From contig JAHBXK010000018.1 of assembly GCA_019636535.1 (NCBI GenBank), forward strand, positions 2,120 through 66,119: 64,000 nt of DNA. Direction: 5' to 3'. Shown here piece by piece: positions 56,689 to 64,000 of this stretch. A model generated the notes under the pieces. The model had not been told where the DNA came from. It saw only the letters and a program-made list of their open reading frames with translations, and ran no database searches. Positions within the stretch are counted from its first letter, which is position 1. Each line of letters begins with the position of its first letter. Position numbers and translations under genes: made by a program. The DNA comes from Phycisphaeraceae bacterium (GTDB lineage: Bacteria > Planctomycetota > Phycisphaerae > Phycisphaerales > UBA1924).

Positions 56689-57284
56689 TCCGACACTCCG
56701 TCCACCCCCACGAGCGCGTCTTCGAGCACTTCCTCCGCGCGCGGCGCGTCCCCTGCGTCGGTATCGACGAGGCCCGCAAGGCCCTCCTCCCCGAAACCGC
56801 GCCCGCGCTCGACAGCCGTGCCCAAGTCGCCGGCCGCCTCCCTCCCGCACTCAAGTCCTTCGACTTCCTCGTCTACACACGCCCGCACAACCTGCTCATC
56901 GAGGTCAAGGGCCGCTCCGCCGGATCGCTCGCCCGAGCCGACGCGTCCCGGCGCTCCACCCGCCCGGCACGCCTCGAGTCGTGGGTCACGCACGACGACC
57001 TCGATTCGCTCCGCGCGTGGGAAGCCCTCTTCGGCCCCTCCTTCCGCGCCGCCATCGCCTTCGTCTACCCACTCGCCCAGCAGCCCCCCGACAGCCTCTT
57101 CCAGGAGATCGTCCCCTTCCGCGACGACTGGTACGCGCTCCTGGTCGTCCCCGCCGACGCCTACGCGGAGCGCATGCGACCGCGCAGCCAGCGCTGGGGC
57201 ACGGTCGACCTCGCCACCGCCGACCTGCTCGACCTGGCCATGCCCATCCCGCTCCCGCAGCGACCCCTCGCGCGCGTCGGCTGA
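56685..57284 (+). CDS. PD-(D/E)XK-like protein, probably of the family I recall as HYExAFE
   Basis: GTG at 56685 overlaps the GT2 stop (GTGA). N-terminal HPHERVFEHFLRARRVPCVGIDEARK, then LKSFDFLVYTRPHNLLIEVKGR, which gives a D...E-x-K restriction-endonuclease-like core. The family name is from memory and was not checked. Confidence 0.6.
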   Translation: MIRHSVHPHERVFEHFLRARRVPCVGIDEARKALLPETAPALDSRAQVAGRLPPALKSFDFLVYTRPHNLLIEVKGRSAGSLARADASRRSTRPARLESWVTHDDLDSLRAWEALFGPSFRAAIAFVYPLAQQPPDSLFQEIVPFRDDWYALLVVPADAYAERMRPRSQRWGTVDLATADLLDLAMPIPLPQRPLARVG

Positions 57285-57353
57285 CCCGACGACCCCCCCT
57301 CCACCCCATCCGACTATCGTTTCCCTTCACTCAACACTTCCCGGAGACCCGCC

Positions 57354-57611
57354 ATGAGGCGTCCCCACACCCTTGCCCGTGCCCTCTCACTCGCCGCCGC
57401 CGTCGCGCTCGCGACCCTCCTGGTCACGCCCGACCCCGCCCACGCACAAGCCCGCCCAGGCCAGCGCACCGCCGAGCCGCTGCGCCCGCCCGTGCCCCCC
57501 GTCGACCGCGAAGCCAAGGCCAACTACTGGGGCGCTCTGGCCGTCATCCTCGGCATCGCCCTGCTCTGCGCCGCCAACCTCATCCCCTCCAAGCGCGGCC
57601 ACCAGGACTGA
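57354..57611 (+). CDS. Small secreted/membrane protein (85 aa)
   Basis: Signal peptide (ARALSLAAAVALATLLVTPDPAHA), a Pro-rich segment, and a C-terminal TM (WGALAVILGIALLCAANLI). Confidence 0.45.
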   Translation: MRRPHTLARALSLAAAVALATLLVTPDPAHAQARPGQRTAEPLRPPVPPVDREAKANYWGALAVILGIALLCAANLIPSKRGHQD

Positions 57612-57703
57612 CCCCCGCCCTCGCCGACCGCCACGCGCACCCGCCATCAGGCAGCACGCCCACGCGCTGCACACCCGCAGGCCATCCACACAGGAGCCTT
57701 CAC

Positions 57704-58030
57704 GTGTCCACAAACACTCACACCCACACCGCGAATCCACCCCGCAAACTCCTCTGGCTCAACGGCGGCCTTCTGGTCGCCCTCGCCGCCGCCACCATCG
57801 TCGGCCACGCCGTCGCCCAACCCGGCGACACCGCCAACCTGCGCAACCGCGGCGACTACACCATGATCTCCGGTCGCTTCCAGGGCGGCACCACCAGCGC
57901 CGTCTACATCCTCGACGCCGCCAACCAGCAGGTCATGGCCCTGACCTGGGACCGCAACGGCCGGCGCTTCGACCTCCTCGGCCTGCGCTCGCTCTCCGAC
58001 GACGCACGTCTCCAGCGCGCCCCGCGCTGA
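57704..58030 (+). CDS. Small N-terminally anchored protein, tandem paralog 1 (108 aa)
   Basis: GTG at 57704. TM segment LLWLNGGLLVALAAATIVG, then the domain GDYTMISGRFQGGTTSAVYILDAANQQVMALTWDRNGRRFDLLGLRSLSDD, which aligns with the next gene's product. Confidence 0.5.
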   Translation: MSTNTHTHTANPPRKLLWLNGGLLVALAAATIVGHAVAQPGDTANLRNRGDYTMISGRFQGGTTSAVYILDAANQQVMALTWDRNGRRFDLLGLRSLSDDARLQRAPR

Positions 58031-58100
58031 GCCCACCCTTCCTTCCCTTCCACGTCCTCCCGCCCGTTCACCCGCCAACACCCACGACACGGAGCATCCC

Positions 58101-58472
58101 ATGCTCGCCAACACGCCCGACCACACGCCCCGCGCGTTCGACCGCTCACGCGTCGCCCTCTCCGCCTCCGCGATCCTGCTCGCCCTCCTGCTCACCCTTC
58201 AACTCGCCAAACTCCCCAGCGCCCTCCGCCCCAGCCTCATCCCCGCCGCACACGCGGACCTCATCTCCCTCAAGACCGGCGATCACTCCATGCTCACCTT
58301 CAACGGCGGAACCGACGACATCCTCGTCGTGCTCGACTCACGCGGCGAGCAACTCCTCACCTACCGAATCCGCCAGCAGCGCAACTTTGAACTCCTCAGC
58401 GCCTACTCCCTCCCCGACATGTTCATGACCGCGCAGCGCATGGGCGTCGGCGGTGGCGGCGGCTCTCGCTAG
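58101..58472 (+). CDS. Small N-terminally anchored protein, tandem paralog 2 (123 aa)
   Basis: TM segment VALSASAILLALLLTLQLA, then GDHSMLTFNGGTDDILVVLDSRGEQLLTYRIRQQRNFELLSAYSLPD. Gly-rich C-terminus. Confidence 0.55.
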   Translation: MLANTPDHTPRAFDRSRVALSASAILLALLLTLQLAKLPSALRPSLIPAAHADLISLKTGDHSMLTFNGGTDDILVVLDSRGEQLLTYRIRQQRNFELLSAYSLPDMFMTAQRMGVGGGGGSR

Positions 58473-58567
58473 TCGCTCCCCTACCCTCCGTCCGCTTCCC
58501 CCCCACCTCGCCCGCCGACCAGACAGGCCGCTCGGCCAATCACGACCGCCCGGCACGCCGACCCACC

Positions 58568-60097
58568 ATGCCCATCCTCCCGCTCCCACAGTTCGAGGCC
58601 GACCTGGCCGAGCAGGACCGCGAGATCTACGAGCGCCTCAAGCCGCCCTCCTCCATCGTCGCGCGCTTCGGCATCATGTACAACGTCGGCGAGTTCCCCT
58701 ACGACGGCGACGCCAAGCCCGGCTGCGGCAGCAAACTCGTCATCAAGACCCACCGAGGCACCGAACTCGGCGAGATGCTCACCAGCACCTGCCCCAACGC
58801 CGGCTGCTCCAAGAGCGTCACCCGCAAGGAGATGCTCCAGTACATCGAGAACTCCGGCGGCAAGGACTACCCCTTCTTCTCCATGCAGGGCCGAGTCCTG
58901 CGCATCGCCACCCCCGAAGACCTCAACCGCCAGGCCCAACTCGACTCCTCACGAACCCAACTCGTCCGCCAGGCCCGCGCCCTGGTCCAGAACTTCAAAC
59001 TCGACATGAAGATCGTCGACGCCGAGCCCATCCTCGGCGGCGAACGCCTCACCTTCTACTTCGCCAGCGAGTCCCGCGTCGACTTCCGCGAACTCGTCGC
59101 CGCTCTCGCCGCCGAGCACCACACCCGCATCGAACTCCGCCAGGTCGGCGCACGCGACGAGGCCCGGCTCACCGCCGACTTCGAGAAGTGCGGCCAGCAC
59201 TGCTGCTGCAAGCAGTTCCTCAAGGTCCTCAAGCCCATCAGCATGAAGTCGGCCAAGATCCAGAAGGCCACGCTCGACCCGCTCAAGATCTCCGGCCGCT
59301 GCGGCCGACTCATGTGCTGCCTCCGATACGAAGACCAGACCTACGACGAACTCCGCAAGCGCCTCCCCAAGAAGAAGTCCCGCGTCCGAACCGAGGACGG
59401 CTGGGGCACCGTCCTCGACGGCCAGATCCTCACCCAACTCGTCCTCGTTGCGCTCGACAACACCGCCGAGCCCATCGCCCTCCCCATCGAGAACCTCCTC
59501 GAAATCGCGCCCGCCGGCACCAACATGCCCGCCGCGCCCGCGCCGGGCGCTCCCGCCGCCGGCCCGCCCGGCCGTCGCGACGGGCCACGCTCCGGACCCG
59601 GCACCCGCCCCGGACCGCGCAGGCCCGACGCCCCGCGCGACCGCGCTCCAGGCGCTGCGCCATCCGCCCCCGGCTCCTCCGCCGACCGCCCCCCGCGCCG
59701 AGACCGAGATCGCGACCGAGACCGCCCGCGCGACGCACAACCCGATTCCAGGCGCGAGCCCCGGCGCGATGCACCCGCCGATCGCCCCCCGCGCCCGCAA
59801 GGCGCCCCGCCCCAAGACCGCGAGGCCGAGATCGACGAACTCCTCAACGCCGCCGCCGCCCGCGGCGCCGACTCCGATCCCGAATTCGATCAGGGCGCCG
59901 CCGACGACTCCGGCGCTGACCGTCCTTCCTCCCCCGACTCTCCCGCCGCAGGCCCCGACGACGCCCCCGGCCCGCGCAAACGCCGACGACGCAGACGCCG
60001 CCGCGGCAAGGGCGGTGGTGGCGGCGGCGGCGACGGTGGTCCCACCGGCGACGCCGGCCCAAACCCCGCCGGCGGCAATCCGCCCCCAGCCGCCTGA
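58568..60097 (+). CDS. PSP1-domain protein (RicT/YaaT-like) with long Arg/Pro/Asp-rich disordered tail
   Basis: PSP1 C-terminal domain (FASESRVDFRELVAALAAEHHTRIELRQVGARDEA) and a Cys cluster (KCGQHCCCKQFL ... GRCGRLMCCLRYE). The tail has RRDRDRDRDRPRD, RKRRRRRRRRGKGGGGGGGDGG. Confidence 0.85.
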   Translation: MPILPLPQFEADLAEQDREIYERLKPPSSIVARFGIMYNVGEFPYDGDAKPGCGSKLVIKTHRGTELGEMLTSTCPNAGCSKSVTRKEMLQYIENSGGKDYPFFSMQGRVLRIATPEDLNRQAQLDSSRTQLVRQARALVQNFKLDMKIVDAEPILGGERLTFYFASESRVDFRELVAALAAEHHTRIELRQVGARDEARLTADFEKCGQHCCCKQFLKVLKPISMKSAKIQKATLDPLKISGRCGRLMCCLRYEDQTYDELRKRLPKKKSRVRTEDGWGTVLDGQILTQLVLVALDNTAEPIALPIENLLEIAPAGTNMPAAPAPGAPAAGPPGRRDGPRSGPGTRPGPRRPDAPRDRAPGAAPSAPGSSADRPPRRDRDRDRDRPRDAQPDSRREPRRDAPADRPPRPQGAPPQDREAEIDELLNAAAARGADSDPEFDQGAADDSGADRPSSPDSPAAGPDDAPGPRKRRRRRRRRGKGGGGGGGDGGPTGDAGPNPAGGNPPPAA

Positions 60098-60284
60098 CGG
60101 GCCCGGCCCTCCCTCCACCCGCACCCCGCAACCCAGCGCACTCTTTGCGCTCAGCCTCACCCGTTCTCGGGGTGCCGCCGCGCCTCCCGCACGCCCCGCA
60201 CCACCCGCACCCAAGTCACCCCCGCTTCCGTCCGATCCCCGATCTCTCCCTCAGTCACCCCGCACACACGCCGAGATCGGATCC

Positions 60285-60677
60285 ATGCTCACCCTGACCC
60301 GTCCCACCGAAGTCGCCATCCAGCCCGCCTCCGCCGCCGACCGCCGCCGCGACAGGCGCTTCGGCCTGGCGCGACCCAGCAAGGTCTTCCGCCGCGCCAC
60401 GCAGACCTTCATCCCCGCCCTCACACGCAACATCAGCCGCTCGGGCGCGCTCGTCGAGCTCGCCTCAGCGCGACCCATGCGCCTCGGTGAGATCGTCGAC
60501 ATCGCCGTCGCCTACCGTCGCGACGCGCTGCTCATGAAGGAAACGCTCGTCCAGGCCATCGTCGTCCGCGTCGACGCCATCGACGATGCGCGTCAGGCCG
60601 TCGCCCTGCGCTACCTCGACGCCGATGAGCGCGCCAACGTCGCGCAGGCGTCCGCACCGCGTCCGCTCGCCGCCTGA
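60285..60677 (+). CDS. PilZ-domain (c-di-GMP-binding) protein
   Basis: RRRDRRF (RxxxR) followed about 25 aa later by TRNISRSGALV ((D/N)xSxxG). ATG at 60285. Confidence 0.75.
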   Translation: MLTLTRPTEVAIQPASAADRRRDRRFGLARPSKVFRRATQTFIPALTRNISRSGALVELASARPMRLGEIVDIAVAYRRDALLMKETLVQAIVVRVDAIDDARQAVALRYLDADERANVAQASAPRPLAA

Positions 60678-60698
60678 TCGATCACGCCCCGGCGACGA

Positions 60699-61487
60699 TC
60701 ACCGAACGCCCGTAAACCTGAACGACGCCTGCACCGCGCCGCTCCGGCCCCCGACGTCCTTCACGTCCGCCACGAACTCGTCCGCGCCCAGGAATCGAAT
60801 CTCGATCCGCCGACGAGGCCCCCCCATCGCCGGGTGAATCTCGTCGAGCGTCATCGCGTTCCCGCCGTCCGTGATGTTCCCCGCGTAGTTCATCGCCGAC
60901 GGCGAGCTGTCGAACCGGCTCGACATCGTCAGCCCGCGCCCCGGCTCCGATCCGAAGATGATCGTCCCCGTGCTCTGCTGCGCGTCCGCACCCTCCGCCG
61001 TCATCCGCATCTCCAACCGAACGAAGTAGTTGCTCTCCACCGCCCCGACCGCCGTCCCCGACGCGAACCGCCGCACGCCCTCCACCGTCTCCCAGCCGCT
61101 GATCTGCCACGAACGCGCAAACCGGCTCAGCACCATCCGATCCCGATCCGCCTGGCTCATCTGCGGTGTCGCAGCCGGGGCCGCCACCGGCGCAGGTGCG
61201 GGCGCTGGCGCGGGCCGCGAATTCATCGCCGCCGTCTGCTGGTCCCGCCGCCGGTTCTGATCCCCGATCACCGCCCCCCCGGCGCCGCCCGCGATCGCGC
61301 CGATCGCTGCGCCCGTCCCCGCGTTGCCCGACAGCGATCCGATCGCCAGCCCCGACAGCGCGCCGATCGCAGCCCCCGACGCCGCCCCCTGCCTCGAGTT
61401 GTCGCACCCGCCCGCCGCGAGCGCCACGCACGCCAGCACCGCCGCCCATCCGCCGATCCGTCCCGGCCGACGCCTTCCCGATTCCAT
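60699..61487 (-). CDS. Glycine-zipper lipoprotein with C-terminal beta-rich domain
   Basis: Lipobox LAAGGC, then a glycine zipper (GAASGAAIGALSGLAIGSLSGNAGTGAAIGAIAGGAGGAVIG), a PAPAPAPAP linker, and a globular C-terminal domain. Confidence 0.6.
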   Translation of the reverse strand: MESGRRRPGRIGGWAAVLACVALAAGGCDNSRQGAASGAAIGALSGLAIGSLSGNAGTGAAIGAIAGGAGGAVIGDQNRRRDQQTAAMNSRPAPAPAPAPVAAPAATPQMSQADRDRMVLSRFARSWQISGWETVEGVRRFASGTAVGAVESNYFVRLEMRMTAEGADAQQSTGTIIFGSEPGRGLTMSSRFDSSPSAMNYAGNITDGGNAMTLDEIHPAMGGPRRRIEIRFLGADEFVADVKDVGGRSGAVQASFRFTGVR

Positions 61488-61909
61488 GCTTCAGGTTCCT
61501 TTGCTCTTGCCCCCGCGCTGACAGGTCCGCCGCACACCCCAAGCCAACCACGTCCGCCGGTCACGCCCGGCGACGCGGCCGATCGTAGTCGCAAGCACCC
61601 TCCCCACGTCCCCGCTCCACACCTCACCATCCCTTCATCCCACTTCCGAACCCCGCCGCCCCACCGTCGTACCCAATCTACGACACCTCCAGCGCAATGG
61701 CCGCGCGCCCACCCTTGCCTTCTCTCACTTCTCCCCTTCCTCCCCCCTCTCCCGCCCACACCACCGCGGCCCACCCAAAGCCCAAACCGGCCCCTGAGAC
61801 CGGCCAACCCCTTCGCTATCATCCGACCCTCCCCCTCCCCTCCTCCTCCCATCAACCACGTCAACGACCTCGTCCGTTCCCTTCCCGTTGACAACGCGGA
61901 GACCGCAGC

Positions 61910-64000
61910 ATGGCCAGCAGCGTCGGCTCGACCTCGCTCCCCATCCATCCCGCCTCCTCCGGCGATCAGCACCACGAGCACCACCACAAGGCCGGCGACA
62001 CCATGGCCTGCTGCTCGCACCACAACGTCAAGATCGAGCGCTGGCTCGTCGTCTACCTCATCGGCGGCGTCCTCCTCGTCGCCACCCTCGTCATGCGCTA
62101 CCTCATGGCCGACATCGTCAGCCACCAGGTCGCCGAACTCCCCGCACTCATCGGCGCCATCCTCCTGGGCATGCCCCTGTTCGTCGCCAGTTGGAAGGAA
62201 GTCACCTCCGGACGCGCCAGCACAAGCACCCTCTGCTCCGTCGCCATCCTCGGCGCGCTCGCCATCGGCGAGTACGTCACCGCCGGCTTCCTCGCCTTCA
62301 TCCTCCTCGTCGCCGATCAGGTCGTCCGCCAGCGCGCCTGGGGCGCCGAGCGCGCCATCGAAGACCTCGTCGCACGCACCCCCGACATCGCACGCGTCGT
62401 CCGCGACAACCAAGAGCACGAAGTCTCCCTCTCCCAGGTCAAACTCGGCGACATCGTCCGCGTCCGCCCCGGCGAGAATCTCCCCGTCGACGGCGTCGTC
62501 GTCACGGGCCGAACCGCCATCGATCAGGCCGCCCTCACCGGCGAGGCCATCCCCCACGAGGTCGCCCCGGGCGACCCAGTCTACGCCGGCACCACCAACG
62601 TCTCCGGCGTCATCGAACTCCGCGCCACGCAGGTCGGCCAGGACACCACCATCGGCAAGGTCAGCCAACTCATCCGCGAGGCCGAGAGCAGCAAGTCCGC
62701 CAAGCAGATGATGGTCGAGCAGGTCGCTCGCTTCTTCGTCCCCGTCACCCTCAGCGTCGCCTTCCTCGTCTGGTTCTTCGCCAAGGACGCCGTCGGACAG
62801 GAAGAGGCCGTCACGCGCGCCATCTCCGTCCTCGTCGTCGCCTGCCCCAGCGCGCTCCTCCTCGCCAGCCCCCTCGCGCTCGTCGCCAGTTTCGCTTCCG
62901 CCGCCAGACTCGGCATCCTCATCAAGCGCGTCAACTACCTCGAAGAGGCCGCCGCCGTCGACACCGTCGTCATGGACAAGACCGGCACCCTCACCACCGG
63001 CAAGTTCGCCGTCTCCCGCCTCGTCCCCGCCGACGGCGTCGAGGGAGCCGATCTCCTCCAGGCCGCCGTCAACGGCGAGCAGCACTCCAACCACCCGCTC
63101 GCGAAGAGCATCGTCGCCACCGGCGCCCAGGCACGCATCAAGCCCGACGGATCGCAGGACTTCGAAGAGATCCACGGCCGCGGCATCCGCGCCCGCACCT
63201 CCGCCGGCGAGGTCCTCGTCGGCCGCGCAGGGTGGATCCGCGAGAACCTCCCCGACGCCGCCGACGAAGTCGCACGCGTCGAGTCACGCATCGAGGGAAT
63301 GACCGGCGTTCACGTCGCCGCCAACGGCCGCTACCTCGGCGTCGTCGGACTCGAAGACAAGCCCCGCGCCAACGCACGCGGCGTGATCGCCCGCCTCCGC
63401 GACCTCGGCGTCAAGCGCATCGACATCCTCACCGGCGACCGCCTCAGCGTCGCCGAGCGCGTCGGCCGGAACGTCGGCGTCGACAACATCGAGGCCGAGT
63501 GCCTCCCCGAAGAAAAGCACCAGATCGTCCAGGACCTGGTCAAGAGCGGCCGCCGTGTCATGATGGTCGGCGACGGCATCAACGACGGCCCGTCGCTGGC
63601 CGAGGCCGACATCGGCGTCGCCATGGGCCTGGGCGGCAGCGACATCGCCGCCAACTCCGCCGGCGTCGCCCTCATGAACGACGACCTGTCGCGCATCCCC
63701 TTCCTCATCGAACTGTCCCGTCGCAACCGCGCCATCGTCGCCCAGAACATCGCCGTCGCCATCCTCGTCGCCATCGTCGGGCTCATCATCGCGGCCACGG
63801 GTTTGGTCGGCGTCGTCTTTGCCGCCGTCTACCACGTCTTCGGCGACGTGCTGGTCATCCTCAACAGTTTCCGCCTCTTCCGCTTCGGCGAGACCTTCAC
63901 GCAGGGCGACCAACTCTCCATGGAACAGGCCGCGTCGCTCCCCGGCCGTCGCGCCGGCAGCCTCAGCCTCGGCAAGAGCGCACCGGGCCAGTCCCCCGGC
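61910..64000 (+). CDS. P1B-type heavy-metal-translocating ATPase (3' end beyond the window)
   Basis: The reading frame is open from ATG 61910 to the window end, and is not in the ORF track because no stop is reached. His/Cys-rich N-terminus (DQHHEHHHKAGDTMACCSHH), TGE (ALTGEAIP), CPx motif VVACPSALLLASP, DKTGTLT, SNHPLA and MVGDGINDGP. Confidence 0.92.
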   Translation, partial: MASSVGSTSLPIHPASSGDQHHEHHHKAGDTMACCSHHNVKIERWLVVYLIGGVLLVATLVMRYLMADIVSHQVAELPALIGAILLGMPLFVASWKEVTSGRASTSTLCSVAILGALAIGEYVTAGFLAFILLVADQVVRQRAWGAERAIEDLVARTPDIARVVRDNQEHEVSLSQVKLGDIVRVRPGENLPVDGVVVTGRTAIDQAALTGEAIPHEVAPGDPVYAGTTNVSGVIELRATQVGQDTTIGKVSQLIREAESSKSAKQMMVEQVARFFVPVTLSVAFLVWFFAKDAVGQEEAVTRAISVLVVACPSALLLASPLALVASFASAARLGILIKRVNYLEEAAAVDTVVMDKTGTLTTGKFAVSRLVPADGVEGADLLQAAVNGEQHSNHPLAKSIVATGAQARIKPDGSQDFEEIHGRGIRARTSAGEVLVGRAGWIRENLPDAADEVARVESRIEGMTGVHVAANGRYLGVVGLEDKPRANARGVIARLRDLGVKRIDILTGDRLSVAERVGRNVGVDNIEAECLPEEKHQIVQDLVKSGRRVMMVGDGINDGPSLAEADIGVAMGLGGSDIAANSAGVALMNDDLSRIPFLIELSRRNRAIVAQNIAVAILVAIVGLIIAATGLVGVVFAAVYHVFGDVLVILNSFRLFRFGETFTQGDQLSMEQAASLPGRRAGSLSLGKSAPGQSPG

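Noticed and set aside
59680-60010. Short tandem codon repeats (cgagaccgagatcgcgaccgagac, poly-CGN/GGN), checked as a possible CRISPR array or satellite.
   Set aside because: They are in-frame codon repeats encoding the RD, poly-R and poly-G segments of the PSP1 tail. There is no repeat-spacer architecture.
61697-61891. 64-aa Pro-rich ORF (MAARPPLPSLTSPLPPPSP...) in the ATPase upstream spacer.
   Set aside because: It is a by-product of the polypyrimidine tract. It has no RBS, no hydrophobic core and no recognisable motif.

Overview
High-GC (about 70%) bacterial chromosomal segment. The gene content looks Planctomycetota-like: PEP-CTERM cargo proteins, a MoxR/DUF58/BatA-vWA operon, a GxxExxY gene, and lineage-specific insertions in housekeeping enzymes. 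This taxonomic call is inference only. I support about 47 protein-coding genes.

Left part (mostly + strand): an OmpR-type response regulator and histidine kinase pair, phoH plus a 7TM-HD (PgpH-like) gene, a Dus-family synthase, an LmbE/PIG-L deacetylase, mgtE and comEC.

Middle: four PEP-CTERM cargo genes, a signal-anchored Hcp-like protein, lepA, gyrB, a LysM-YkuD L,D-transpeptidase, a 5-formyl-THF cyclo-ligase, rarA, a PlsC-type acyltransferase and glyQS.

Right part: an IYD-like nitroreductase and a 12-kb minus-strand cluster (M16 peptidase, NHL lipoprotein, large vWA protein, MoxR, DUF58, BatA-vWA). These are followed by a PLP decarboxylase, DJ-1, gltX, a GT2 plus nuclease-fold plus small-membrane-protein cluster, a PSP1/RicT-like protein, PilZ, and a 3'-truncated P1B-type metal ATPase.

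I recognised no rRNA, tRNA, CRISPR array, transposase or integrase.

Observations most worth follow-up:
- A low-GC GxxExxY (PD-(D/E)XK) gene is wedged between moxR and the DUF58 gene and bracketed by perfect 22-bp inverted repeats.
- The same GGCACGGAG-type repeat core occurs as an in-frame tandem octamer insertion inside rarA.
- Third-codon-position and GC-skew polarity flips across the window (G-rich + strand on the left, strongly C-rich on the right), which is the pattern of a replication terminus.
- An orphan Hcp-like domain sits behind a signal anchor.
- Two PEP-CTERM genes are tandem paralogs, and three PEP-CTERM upstream regions share a motif.
- Two small membrane-anchored genes are tandem paralogs next to a putative HYExAFE-like nuclease-fold gene.

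All calls come from by-eye motif recognition. Start codons are approximate and no database search was run.
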